64,000 bases of DNA. Origin: Eledone cirrhosa (Eukaryota). A program made the translations under genes and the position numbers. Below the pieces are notes generated by a model, which worked only from the letters and a program-made list of their open reading frames with translations, searched no databases and was not told where the DNA came from. Positions 1 to 13,420 of this stretch are shown here, one piece after another; position 1 is the stretch's first letter; every line of letters begins with the position of its first letter. The DNA lies in the NCBI GenBank assembly GCA_964016885.1, contig OZ024742.1:67518001-67582000 (forward strand), in the 5' to 3' direction.

Positions 1-1058
1 CCTATTCCCTTGTATTCCTGGTAGATATGATTTTCTTATGTCAAATTTACGCTGTTGTATTCCAGAATTTTGCAAGCGTCCAGTTTGAAATATATATACA
101 TCTTATTAGGAGTTAGAATATTAATGCATATTAGCACTTTTGCATTTGACTCTGTTTTAAGTATTAATCTAATAAATGCATATTATCTGCCCAGCACCCA
201 AGTTTGTTTCATTTGTGTATATTGTAATCTATCTATTCGTTGTCAATATATGTTTACGTTTATACTTGTTCTGATCCCCTTCCCCTAAGAGATATTAATG
301 TTTTTTAATAATGTTTTATTCTCGATTTTAATCACATCTCCAGTCAAACGATATCTTAAATACGTGATTCTATTGGTTTATCATCTGCAACATTTCAAAA
401 TCTTACATGTGAAATAAGGATTCAGGTTCATCCCATAACATGTATATGCAAATTTGGTCTGGTTTATCAATCTTGTAATTTGATAATGGCGCTACTAACA
501 GACGGAGTGTGTTGCAGTTGATTGAGATGAGGAGATTTTTTGCAGTACTATTTTGGCTCTGTATCGAAAGAAAAGTTTGCAACTTACACCTGAAGCATAT
601 AATATCTCTGCTTGTTATTGGTGTTTCCTTACGCAAGGTTAATATTTCCAGGATGCTTATGAGGTGTACACTCAAAGGCATTTCAATGCGTTATCCATTA
701 CATGTTCACTCTCAATTAATTTTTCCAGTCTTTCGCTGACGCGTCCTTGCCTGATATATCATTTTCCGGACTATATAGGACTTGCTACATCATATTTGCT
801 CTTCTGAAAATCAGTTTTATTTATTTGCAGAAATGTATGCATCCTGCGAGAAAGAAGGTTATGGACCTAGAGCTTTAATTTGTTGTTTCGTAATTTCTGT
901 GAATTGTCGCGTTTCCCATAAGGAAAACAATCTGGTCCGTCTATATCCTATTAAGCGAAACTTCTAAAATATTATGTCGTTGTGGGGTTATTTTCTAGGT
1001 GCATGACAAATATTCTCTATTGCAGCGTCTGCCATGATGACCATCTTTTTACAAAGAC

Positions 1059-1145
1059 CTTCTTCTTCTTCTTCTTCTTCTTCTTCTTCTTCTTCTTCTT
1101 CTTCTTCTTCTTCTTCTTCTTCTTCTTCTTCTTCTTCTTCTTCTA
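1059..1145. repeat. (TTC)n microsatellite
   Basis: Pure TTC run; explains the poly-F and poly-E pseudo-ORFs at 982 and 988. Confidence 0.98.
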
Positions 1146-1611
1146 CTGCAGAGAATTTAAGATAATGAGAATGTATAGTCAACGATTTTCACACAAGCGT
1201 TCCCAGAGATCATACTTCAAAGTATCTGCTGCTTTGATTAAACACAGAATGTGTCGGGTTTTCTTTTAAAATATAACATTTTGGTATATAGTCTGAATTT
1301 TCTATACATTAAAATATTGTATTATTGGAACGCAACATGTGCTTTTTCTCTTTTACTCGGTTTTTCATCTATGGAATGAGATATGATCCCGATTCTAAGA
1401 TAACATTATAGTGTTGATGAACCCTGATATCTCTCCAAAATCGATCTAGTGTTCAGTTAATCATGTTGATATAAGCATGGTGACCTTGACTGTTGAATAT
1501 CCATAACTTTTAACAAGAGTCTTGCGCCGATTACACAACAAATATCACAAACATGTAAACAAAACTTCCTCGTTTTTTTCTAATATATACACATTGATAC
1601 GTATATATAGC

Positions 1612-1783
1612 AATAATTGTTTCTACTTTAGGCACAAGGCCAGCAATTTACCCAGTGCATTACTGGTACTTTATTTTATCGACCCCGTAAGGATGAAAGG
1701 CATAGTCAACCTCGGCGGGATTTGAACTCAGATCGTAAAGGGACGTAACTATGCTGGAAAGCATGGCGTCCGACCCTCTACCG
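1612..1783 (-). mobile_element. tRNA-derived SINE (family S1), 5'-truncated, with target-site duplication
   Basis: Minus strand has a B-box-like GAGTTCAAATCCC, the central GCCTTTCATCCTTACGGGGTCGATAAAATAAAGTACCAG (Meta/MESC-like domain) and the tail GGCCTTGTGCCTAAAGTAGAAACAATTATT. TSD cgtatatatagcaataat at 1600-1617 and 1782-1799. Confidence 0.92.
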
Positions 1784-2738
1784 TATATATAGCAATAATA
1801 CGTATCAAAGAGGTGTCAAATTATATTTAAGTTTATTCAGGGGTGACGCGCAGTTCAAAATTGATTAGCTCAAGGTTCGATCTCTATTGATCGGGGCCGA
1901 TCTGGAATCAAAAGTTCACCAAACAATCACAGACAAATCATTCGAGGAATCAATGCTCCAGCACCTATGTACATAGAAGTAAATCGCAAAACGTAGATTC
2001 CTAATTATATAAATCCTTGCTGGATTAACGATTAATTTTTAAATTTCTGACCTCGCATGTTCAGTTTGAATAAAGATGTGTTGCCAAGTAATGCGAATTA
2101 AAGTGCTATTGATTAACAATTTATACTAATTGCTAGGCACTGATTACATTTTGTAGGTTGACATATGGTTGGTTTATGTTCAGAAAGATATTAACTGGCC
2201 TTCACTAAATGCTATGTTGTTTACATACACTTCATATCTGTGTGTTTGTGTGTGGGGGAGAAATGGCAGAGGGTTGATGCGAGCAATTGTGGTGTGTGCC
2301 TGAGTGTTTGTGGGCGTTTATGTGTGCATAAAATAGCGGAGCTTAGTAGCTTAGTAGCTCGCAAGAAAACACACAATGGCTAAACACAAATACGAAAACA
2401 TATTTAAAGGATAGAACACACATTTGATCACAACAGGGAAATATGAGCTGAATGCATAAACACATAGAAATATACCCTTGCACATTAAACAGGAAAATAT
2501 TTATAAATATAGATCTGTCGCTTCATATATATGAACTAAATAATAATATACAATGAGCAACCTTTCGTACCAAAATAGAAATACCCATTCATATACAGAT
2601 GCATATACATTAGTATTGATTTACGTATGTTTATACATACATACATAGATGCATACATATATACATGCATACATACATACATACATGTATACATATATAC
2701 ATGCATACACACAAGTACACATAAACACCCGGCTCCTC

Positions 2739-2812
<74 letters not shown>

Positions 2813-2823
2813 TTATATATATA

Positions 2824-3912
2824 CTAGCTGAATTACCCGGCATTGCCATGGTTACTGCTCAAAATTATTTCAAAATAACTAAATTTAAAAAAAAATATCG
2901 AAATTGTAATGATTTAGAAATAAAAATCTGTCAATCTTGAAACATCGTAGGGTGAACGATATTCATTGTGTCATTTTTTGTTGGTGTCCAAATGAATAAA
3001 TTGTCTGACATACACTCACATGCATATATACTAAGACAGACACACACATACATACATTCACGCAGACACATACATAGCTTTTTACCTCATTTTTTTGTCA
3101 GCCACATATGTATATATATATATGTGTAGATGTGTGAGTATTTAATAACGACCCTAATGAACGCGAATACACACACACACACTCACAGACACGTACATAT
3201 TCATATACAAAATGTGACATCGTTGTGTTGTTTTCTATTGTTTTAATCCAAATGAAAATAGCAATATTCACATATACACTCACACACACCCTCACATACA
3301 CTCACATACATATACTAAGACGGACACATACACATACATACATTCACGCACACCTATTACTTGTCTGTCAACACATATGTATCTATATGTGTAGATGTGT
3401 GTGTGTTTAATTCTGAGGCCTTACGTTTAAACAAAAATTATCACACATAAACTCACACACACATACACTCTCACATACACTCACACACACATACACTCTT
3501 ACTAAGACGGACACACACAAACATACATTCACGCACACCTATTACTTGTCTGTCAACACATGTATATAAAGAGTAGATGTGTGTGTATTTAATTCTCTGT
3601 GTGTGAAGATAATGTGTATGCAACTTAGTAGGCTATATGTATGCGTAGATGTGTGTGTTTGTTTAATTCTCTGAGGCTGAACGTATGTAATGAACTCACA
3701 AGTACAAACACACTCATATACAAAATGTGACGTCTTCATCGTGGTGATTGTGGTGGTTTACTATAATTGATTATAATAACATTATTTTAGATAGAATTTT
3801 ATATTGTTTTAATCCAAATGAAAATAAAAGTCACATGTTTATACTCCCCGGGTCTAACACTATTAACTTGTAAAATGTGACAGACAGACAAAGCATTTTA
3901 TATAGAGAGAGA
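2824..3912 (-). mobile_element. Non-autonomous Helitron-like element
   Basis: On the minus strand it starts TC(TCTCTCTATATAAAA) and ends with an imperfect GC hairpin (plus: cccggcattgccatgg) followed by CTAG|T. ACAG repeat near the 5' end; internal degenerate repeats (catacattcacgca at ~3050, ~3337, ~3522). Confidence 0.7.
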
Positions 3913-4155
3913 TAGCATCTATCGCCGTATTTTTTTATTAAGAAATTTTAACCAGTCTGTGGGGTTTAGACCCCTCTAAGAAACTTGTGTCGCTGGTATT
4001 TCATATGCAGGTATTTTTATATATTGTGTAAATAATTGTTAAGCAATTATATTTGCTTATTTCATTGTCGTATATACATCCATGCTTATCAACTGATTAG
4101 AAACCATTGTAGATATTATGGAAGGACTTGATTTAAAACCATCGGTTTCTACACA

Positions 4156-4186
<31 letters not shown>

Positions 4187-4289
4187 AGTGTGTGTGTATT
4201 ATGTAGATTCCAGAATTCTGTCAGGGCGAACCACAGTTGAAAAAGTTTCTGAACACATTGGTAGAGTATATGCATCTTTATTATATATA

Positions 4290-4476
4290 GGGCGGTTGAT
4301 TGGCAGTATCGGAGGAGGGTCTGACGCTATGCTTTACAGCAAAGAGTTATGACACTTAATGGTCTGAGTTCAAATCCCGCCTAGGTTAACTTTGCCTTTC
4401 TTCCTAACGGAGTCGATAAAATAAAATACCAGTAATACACTGGGATAATTGCTGGCCTTGTGCCAAAAGTAGAAAC
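4290..4476 (+). mobile_element. SINE S1, near full length
   Basis: GGGCGGTTGATTGGCAGTATCGG head, GAGTTCAAATCCC B box, same core and tail as the other copies. Confidence 0.92.
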
Positions 4477-4576
4477 TCTTATATATAGAAATTACTTCTA
4501 TCGGACTAGAAGGTCAGTTCTCTACCCCTTATAATTGTAAACATACACTTTTGTGTTTTCTTCTCTATATACTGTA

Positions 4577-5213
4577 CTAGCAGTGGTACCTGGCGTTGCA
4601 CGGGATAAGGTATTTTGGAACGCGGGCCGCCAACAGACTTAATCCTCGAAAAACTGCATGCCTGGACAATATCTAAAGAAAATAAACCGAATAATCTGAT
4701 GGCTGGATAATCTTTAAGATTATCCTCGATGAAGCTGAAAAAATGGAGGTTTTCACCTAATGCGGACCCTAGGTAATCAAGAAAATGAATTTTTTTATGT
4801 GCATAATATGCCTTTAAATTTCAGGAAAATCGGCTAGACGTAACGCCTCAAAAAAGGCCTAAAAAGCTGAAAAATTGAAGTTGTTCACCTAATGCGTGCC
4901 CTCGGTCATAAAAAAGTTGGATTTTCTTTGCTCATGGTATGAAGAAGAGACTGACTAATAGATAGTTACAATTTCAAGGAAATCGGTCGGACGTAGCGCC
5001 TCAAAAAGACCCTAAAAAGCTGAAAGAATGCAGTTTTTCACCTAATGCGGGCCCTAATGGCTCAAAAAGTTGGGTTTATGTGCATAACACTCCCTGAAAC
5101 GTAAGTAATACACATGTAAAATTTGAAAAAGATCGGTTGGGTACTTCTCGAGTTTTCGGGATTTAAACTCACAGACACACAGACAGTCACCGTCAGTTTT
5201 ATATATATATATA
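4577..5213 (-). mobile_element. Non-autonomous Helitron-like element with internal tandem repeats
   Basis: Plus strand begins a|CTAGcagtggtacctggcgttgcacggg (3' CTAG plus hairpin on minus) and ends acagacag...ttttatatatatat. Three ~130-150 bp units starting aagctgaaa...cacctaatgcg at ~4732, ~4864 and ~5017. Confidence 0.7.
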
Positions 5214-5376
5214 TTATGAAGAGCCCGGTACCTAAGCCTTGAGCTCATTAAATTGCAGGGGATTAACGCGACATTTTAACTCCGTTTTTCTTTGCTCATA
5301 TCTATGATTTATATATATATAGAACATTTTTTAGTCATCTCTATCTATTGATCCAGCCCTCATTTGATTTATTTTT

Positions 5377-5455
<79 letters not shown>

Positions 5456-5460
5456 TATAC

Positions 5461-5491
<31 letters not shown>

Positions 5492-5492
5492 A

Positions 5493-5571
<79 letters not shown>

Positions 5572-6235
5572 CATACATATATATATATATATGAGTGCGT
5601 GTGTGTGTTTGTGAGTATGTGGGCGTGTATGGGTGTGTGGGCGTGTGTGAATGCTGCTGAATGCTATACACGTATGATATTTGCTCTTACGTCGTATATG
5701 CCATTGCATGTATGTGTGTGTGCGTTTTCGTCTACATACATTCATGTGCAGCTACAAATATCTTAAAACAACCACAATCTCCTTCCATATACATGCATTG
5801 TTTCAGACATTGAATAAAAGTACATAATGTCAAAATGAATTACTTCTAAAAATGAAATATTTGTCCATATATGGTTATAAACTGGAATAATGCTGTGGTC
5901 ATAAATGAGTAGATAAGCATGTTTGAATCAGTTTTAACATGACATTTTGATATCATACTCACATTAAATTGTACAATAAAATATGTATATCTATATATGT
6001 GTGCATATATGTGGGTGCGTGTGCATATTTTCACCTAAATATATCCAACATTAAATTTACATCGTTCACTCAACGCGACATGCATCTCTTACACTCTATG
6101 TTGTCACTATAAAATTATTCATCTGTAGAGATATGTATGTGTGGTACACGGTGACACACACACACACACACGCACAATCAAATGTGTGTGTATATATATG
6201 TGTGCGTGTGAGTATATATTTATATATATATATAG

Positions 6236-6640
6236 TTTTAATATAGATGAGATTCTACAGGACTAGAACTGTTTCATTCTTTATAAATTTATCAGGAATT
6301 TGGGTATCCTAAAATAAAAGTTGTATATATAGGTATTTTCAGGTGGTAGGAAAAGCTATAATTTATATATAAATTATAGGTTTAAAGAATTAGCTTTTAA
6401 TGAATTCCCTTTTCTATCAACCAATGACCTCTACCCATCCCACTCCCCAAACTCTCCTACAACCTGAAAAGACCTATATATACCACGTTTATTTTTGGAT
6501 ACCCAGATTCCTTATGATTTCTAAAGAATGAAACAGTTCTAGTCCTGTACAATCTCATCTATGTTAAAACCTTTATACTCTGCTATGTATTGAGTACCTT
6601 ACTTACTGTGGTTACCTCCGATTTAAACCGGAATAACGTA
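6236..6640 (+). mobile_element. Solo PLE pseudo-LTR (family C) with partial inverted copy
   Basis: 6236-6351 is an imperfect inverted copy of 6455-6570. The same sequence recurs at ~32260-32520 (-) and ~38040-38300 (+). Flanked by (TA)n and contains a hammerhead fold. Confidence 0.7.
6505..6555 (+). ncRNA. Decayed compact type I hammerhead ribozyme (family C); further copies at 6250-6301(-), 32350-32400(-), 38159-38209(+)
   Basis: Consensus of four copies: AGATTC CTGAT(G/A)A TTTCTAAAGAAT GAAA CAG TTCTAGTC CTG TA GAATCT. Helix I is AGATTC/GAATCT, helix III is ACAG/CTGT, cleavage triplet GUA. Every copy deviates from canonical CTGANGA. Confidence 0.65.
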
Positions 6641-6704
<64 letters not shown>

Positions 6705-6961
6705 TAGTTATAAAAACACATTATATCTCTGGCAAAGTAACAGCACGAATTTAGATCCAGATGTGAACTACATCAAACAGTAACCTGATGATTCTGCCTT
6801 GTATGTGTTCGCTCTCCTGTGATGAATGCCAGTAATCAAATGCTGTTGAAAATTCTTTCTACGTATTGTGTATTGTGCTTCCGGGGTTTTCGGCATTTCA
6901 TTGACTGATCTTGTAGAATATTTTGTATACATACACGCGCTCATGTATATAAACACACGCT

Positions 6962-7021
<60 letters not shown>

Positions 7022-7062
7022 CACACACACACACACATACACACACACACATACACACACAT

Positions 7063-7143
<81 letters not shown>

Positions 7144-7519
7144 AATGGCACGGCTGTTACTTAAATATAACTATATAACTCACTCGATATGCAAATTAGG
7201 CTGCTCAGCCGTTAATAAGGAAAGTATATAATTTCAGACGTTCAATCATCTGGCAGGAAGGTATACAGTACTGACGATAGCTTGAAACTAGTACATCGTT
7301 CCTTTGTCAGTGTTGAACAAAAGGGCAACGATGGTTGCTAAACACTGTACGGCTTAATTCGGGATGTTTGTTTACAAACAAACCGAGCATTATAATAAAT
7401 GCTCGGTAAATCCATACGTACATATATATATATATATGTGCATGTAGGTGCATGTATATACATGTATATGCATGTATATACATACTACTGTACGTCTGTA
7501 TACATATATGAAAGTACGT

Positions 7520-7560
<41 letters not shown>

Positions 7561-7570
7561 AAATTTCAGT

Positions 7571-7687
<117 letters not shown>

Positions 7688-7877
7688 GAAATTTCGTATT
7701 TTACCAGAAATACGGTATCTTTAAAATAAACATTTAGAGAGCCGTAGCTATGCCAAAACACCAGCGACTAGTGTCGTCTGGCGAGGTCCAGCAGAAGCAA
7801 GGTGGATAATCGTGGATGCGCATTTCGAACTGAACTGGTCCTCACCAGCAACTCCTGGACTTTGAAACAGGTGAAAT

Positions 7878-8081
7878 ATATGTTTTTCTCCTCTGTGTAA
7901 AGAGGGGATTAATCTCATCTGCATATCAAGCTGTATAAGTTGCCTCAACTTATACAACTGTATTAAACTATGCAATGAAGCTAAATTGTAATTATATTCT
8001 ATTATAGGTTGAGCCAACTTATACAGCATCATATACAAATGAGATTAATCACATCATTTACACAGACGAGAAAACCATATA
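7878..8081. repeat. Imperfect inverted repeat (~80 bp arms), MITE- or pLTR-like
   Basis: atatgtttttctc...gattaatctcat...gctgtataagttgcctcaac is mirrored by gttgagccaacttatacagc...atgagattaatc...gagaaaaccatat. Confidence 0.75.
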
Positions 8082-8542
8082 TTCTCGGATTATCTTTAAT
8101 TGTTTTGGAAAATTTCTTCAAAATCTGTACATATCCTCTTGATATTTAGTAATCACATAACAAAACGTTGTTCATTGTGTTAATGCTCTTGTGTTAGCTA
8201 TATATATTGGTTATTTTCTCTATATACTATAAATGAACTACAATCGTTTGTTTAACCTTTGAACGTTGAACTTTGTACCGTTCAACTCTCATTCTTTTAC
8301 TCACAACATCCCCCTTAAACTTCCGACCTTTCTTTTACTTTCTAGCAGATTTCCCCTCTCTGTTTCACTACATCCTTCTCCTGTTTATAAAACCTACCGT
8401 AATAAATATATGTTCGTTCTCACTCATTCTCATCCTCAGTCATGTCTCTGGTGGTTTCTCATCACATCTCTGATACTTATGGCCTACCCTCCTTTCCTTA
8501 ATTTAACGTTTCCCGCACGTGAATATATATATATATATATAT

Positions 8543-8682
<140 letters not shown>

Positions 8683-8704
8683 GTATATATACATATATAT
8701 ATAA

Positions 8705-9760
8705 AGTTTGTAGTTAGAAGGCCAAAATAATGCAGGTATGGATATAGAATATAAATACGAATGCAAAAGATATTGTTGACAATTAGTCTTTTACCTTAAA
8801 TGTATTTGAATATCCTTAATTTTCGAGGTAATATCTCTTCTTTGGAAGGAAGTAAAGGGGTTAATCCAGTGTTCTAATTAGCTTGCCAAGTCATGTTGAC
8901 AGGAAATGGTATAGAAATTCCATTCTATTTCTAATATCAAAGAGTGAAGGTTAGGTGGATAAAGAGTTGTCTCCCTTTAAAAAGGGGTTTGGACATGTAT
9001 GTTTAAGTGTGTGTGGGAGAATACGTGAAGATGTAAGCATGCATGTGTGTGTGTGCGTGTGTGGGTGTGTGTGTATGTGAGTGTGAGAGGATATGTTTAT
9101 ATGTAAATGTGGGGACTAGATGCTCTATCATGTTAAAACTGGTCTTTGTGTGTGTATGTGTGTGAGAGAGAATAAGTGGAGGTGTAAGCGTGTGCGTGTG
9201 TGCGTGTGGGTGTGGGTGGGTGTGAGAGGGTACGTGGAGGTGTAAGTGTGGGGCAAGGTGCTCTATCATGTTAAAAATTGGGTGTTGAGTTCTAGTCTGT
9301 TATTCATTGGTGGTTGCGTTTTGTCTATAATCAGTGGTTCTTTAATTCTAAGATTGCCGAGTTTTCTTTCCTTACCTTCTATCCTAACTATTATGTTTTT
9401 GTCGGTGCTTTTCCATTTGACTAGGTGTTTCTTAAATGAGGAAGCGTTAGTATTGAGTCTTCTTTTATTCTTATGTAAAGTGGTCTGCTGGTGCTACCTA
9501 TATAGAAATGGCTGCATTTGTCGCACTGTAATCTGTATACGACGTAAGCCTGGTGGCATAGGTCTGTGTCGTTGATGAGGCAGTTGGCTAGCCTACAGCG
9601 GCTGTCATGTCTGGTGGAGTGTCTTTTGGTTAGCCGTTCGCGTAGAGAAGGTCCTGAGTGGGCCAGTTGGATATCTAGTCCCTCTCGTCTGATAGCTCTG
9701 CGGATGGCAGCTGTTGTTTCGTCACTGAAGTGTGGGAGCTTCAGGAAGCAGGTGTTAGTT
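8705..9760 (-). mobile_element. PLE 3' fragment (RT thumb/linker + GIY-YIG), 5'-truncated at (TA)n
   Basis: Minus-strand translation LKLPHFSD...[46 protein letters not shown] matches a GIY-YIG (VY..YIG..R..E) with Cys linker. Confidence 0.85.
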
Positions 9761-9761
9761 A

Positions 9762-9796
<35 letters not shown>

Positions 9797-9825
9797 TATA
9801 TGTATATGTACATATATATATGTAT

Positions 9826-9947
<122 letters not shown>

Positions 9948-9970
9948 GTATATATGTATATATGTATCTA

Positions 9971-10029
<59 letters not shown>

Positions 10030-10032
<3 letters not shown>

Positions 10033-10392
10033 CTTGATCACCTTGATCAACCAGTCTGTCGGGCGCCATTCGGCGCCGCTGGTCACAGCACGTGCTGTTT
10101 TAACTATACGATGACGCTATCCCACTGTCTTAAGCCAGAAGGCTAATTTGGCCGGTGCTTATCCCGGCGAAGCGACTGAGAGCACAAGACTCCCCCCCCC
10201 CCCCCTGGACAGGACGCCAGTCCATCGCAGGGTTAAACCTCCAGCTATTGCTGGTACTCATTTTCAGCTGAGTAAACTGGAGCAACGTGAAATAAAGAGT
10301 CTTGCTCAAGGAAACAACACATCACCCGGTCGGAGAATTGAACTCACAACCTTTCGATTGCAAGCCTATTGCTCTAACCACTAAGCCAATGG

Positions 10393-10394
<2 letters not shown>
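10030..10394 (-). mobile_element. tRNA-derived SINE (family S2) with CORE-like and V-like segments
   Basis: Minus strand: GGCTTAGTGGTTAGAGC A box, GAGTTCAATTCTCC B box, CCTTGAGCAAGAC CORE-like segment, CCTGCGATGGACTGGCGTCCTGTCCAGGGG V-domain-like segment. A related fragment lies at ~62414-62461. Confidence 0.8.
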
Positions 10395-10443
<49 letters not shown>

Positions 10444-10451
10444 TCTCTCTT

Positions 10452-10534
<83 letters not shown>

Positions 10535-10621
10535 GGTGTGTGTGCGTATAGTTTTCTATGTAAAACGCACACAAAGCCATCGGATTTACCTCTCTCTTAC
10601 TAATCGTATGTTGGAAATTGC

Positions 10622-10795
10622 AAATAATTGTTTCTACTTTAGGCACAAGGCCAGCAATTACCCAGTACATTACTGGTACTTTATTTTATCGACCCCGTAA
10701 GGATGAAAGGCAAAGTTAACCTCGACGGGATTTGAACTCAGACTGTAAAGGGACGCAACTATGCTAGAAAGCATGGCGTCCAACCCTCTACCGAT
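10622..10795 (-). mobile_element. SINE S1 with target-site duplication
   Basis: Same core and tail; TSD aattgcaaataat at 10616-10628 and 10796-10808. Confidence 0.92.
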
Positions 10796-11050
10796 AATTG
10801 CAAATAATGATGGATCATTGCAGTAGGAAACAAATATCAAAGGGAACGTGTTGGCCATTTACCAGTATTATCTAACACCAGAGGATATGAATTGGGATAT
10901 TGTTATGGACAATATCCCGATTTATCTCTCGCCTTTTTATTGTATATGCCATTACAGTAAGATATTATTGGTTCATGTATAATATGATGAAAGAATATTT
11001 TTTATAGATACACACGCCCACAATACCATATATATAGTTGTGTGTGTGTA

Positions 11051-11106
<56 letters not shown>

Positions 11107-11163
11107 TGTGAAATTCTATAATGACAATTTATACGCGAAGCACCTCTTGGTTATGCAATTTCG

Positions 11164-11215
<52 letters not shown>

Positions 11216-11400
11216 TAGAATACTGGTGGGTTATATCCTTAGTATTAGTAGCACAACAGTTAATTCACCATTTCTGAGAACATCAGCTCTGTTGTTTAAA
11301 TGAGATTATACGGAAAAGGAAAACAAGTATACGAATACGCTCCGGTAGAAGAAAACGTGAGTTACATCCCGTTTAGGAAGATCTTCTTCTGCACATGCGC

Positions 11401-11433
<33 letters not shown>

Positions 11434-12329
11434 AAGAGAGAGTGATAGAGAGAGACAGAGAAAGGGAGACAGAGAGAAAGAGAGAGAGAGTGAGAGAGAA
11501 AGAGATTTAATCACCCACCTCAAAATTCTCCTCGCCAGAGCTGTTCTGCTTGAGAATGTGTCACAGGTATAGCGATGCAGCCAGCAGATATGCTGGTTAG
11601 TTGCGATGTAAGTGGGCAACAGCCGGACGTATAAGCAATCCCGGACCAAAATTGGTAATCTACTATGGAACGATGGGTGAAACCTCTAGCTCCCTAGAAA
11701 ATTCTCACAATCCGGTGACGAGCTACGACGAGGCAAGTAAATGCCGCCCCTATAAAAAGCCTCGTCTTTGCGGGTTTCACAGATTACCATATTTGTTACT
11801 GGCGCAAATAAGACCTCTGAAACTGAATGTGAAAATGCAATATTACGACTGAAAAACAAAACAGTGCCGCCTCGTCCTTCGCGCAGGTTAACATGTGACG
11901 CGTTCAGGTTTTAGATAGAGGGACCTCGTCGAAAAATATATTGCAGTCTCAAAATAATGGCACAAAAACTAGCGATGGGCCTGCGACCTGTCCTGTGAGG
12001 CATGGGATGGACTCAAAAACATTGCGTATCCTGAGACCCCTAGAATGTGTTATGGACTGTATCCCATTAGACGAGGGATTTGCCTCTTGAAGCTTAGGCT
12101 GAAAGATAGGTCTCTGTGGGCGGTGTAAAAATGAAAAAATGAATCCGCATACATGTCCTTCCTTGATGAAATCATTGCAGTGTTAGATGTAGTTATCACT
12201 GATGATATATCCTGTTCGGAGGCTTCAATGTACATGTTGGCACTGATCACTTGACATAGAAATGAGTGATTAGAAAGAATCTAAATACGAATGTAGAGGC
12301 CTTACTAGTCTTATTTTCTATCAATCGAC

Positions 12330-13420
12330 TCTCTTGTATGATCACCTTCTTCCAGCACAGAGATATCCATAAATATACATGGGATCACGACTGGGATGAC
12401 CATGGTCACGAAAATGGGCCTAGCTACGCCAACTTCGTCGTCTATGTTGCGATTCAAATTTATTACCAATAATCAGGTCCATTTCCAGAGCTATAGAGGC
12501 GTCACGTCACTTACTCGTGTACAGCCCAACTTCTTATTCTTCTGCTCCTTCCGCCTCGTCATCACCACTATCTATAACATTTCATTTTACCCCCTGTATA
12601 GCTCTGTTCTATTAGACACTCAAATCCCTCTTTCATCACGTCAGCATTATTTAAACCCACCGACTCAAACATCTAACTCGACTTTAGTTTTTACCATCTG
12701 CCACACACTAAACCATCCCACCAAACTCCCAATGTTTTTGTCTTCGTCATCTGAGTAGTCTAACCCATGATTGTGAGTTTCAGGCTCATTATATGGGTAG
12801 ATTATACAAGTAGTCCTTCACCGTGCCCTTACCGCGCGCCACTGACCCTCATACGTCGGCTGCAATTTCCTTTTCCTCACCACCCTTCAATCTTGCTCCC
12901 CCAGAAGATAATCATTTGCCTCTTCCTCCACCTTCGGTTGGATCCCTCCTCCTCTCTCATTTTTCTCATGCCACCCTACTCTATTTTAAACATACTCACA
13001 TTAGCAATTTTCTCGTCCGATGTCCCCTCCTTCATTCCAACACTTCTCCCGGATCCCGTCCCTGCCCCCCTCACCGCTGCCACACTTGCAGCTTCGTCAC
13101 CCACACCCCCACCCTCGACGGACATGACAGCCGTATGTTTCATGTTAGAGGGTCTTTCAGTTGCCCGGCCACAAGCCTCGGCTATAGACTCCCGTGGTGC
13201 CATGCAAGGCCATATACAATGTTCCGACTAGTTAACAGATTCAGTGTGGGACATTCGGGTCGGCATTGCGTCCTAGGTAACACGTCTTTTCGCACTACCT
13301 TTCACTTAGCACGGGCTCGTTTCCTACACAGGACACCAGACACGCACCACCAAAAGGACTAGACTTCTTTTTTTCTTTTCTAAATACATCTTCCCCTATG
13401 GCTTTATCACAACACCCCTC
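12330..13420 (+). pseudogene. Heavily decayed PLE (RT + GIY-YIG remnants)
   Basis: Fragments TMVTKMG/PSYANFV (cf. PLE RT GxxMGxxMxPSYAN), CHTCSF, FSC and LVNRFS; many frameshifts. Confidence 0.55.

Noticed and set aside
200-1000. Possible very old PLE RT remnant or host exon
   Set aside because: Only faint motif resemblance and no coherent frame or splice structure; same for 11560-12250, 15460-16590 and 28800-29270.
7264-7350. CTGACGA tagctt GAAACTAGTA motif followed by a hairpin
   Set aside because: No helix I directly after the cleavage triplet and no helix II pair; alternative long-helix III readings need several changes.
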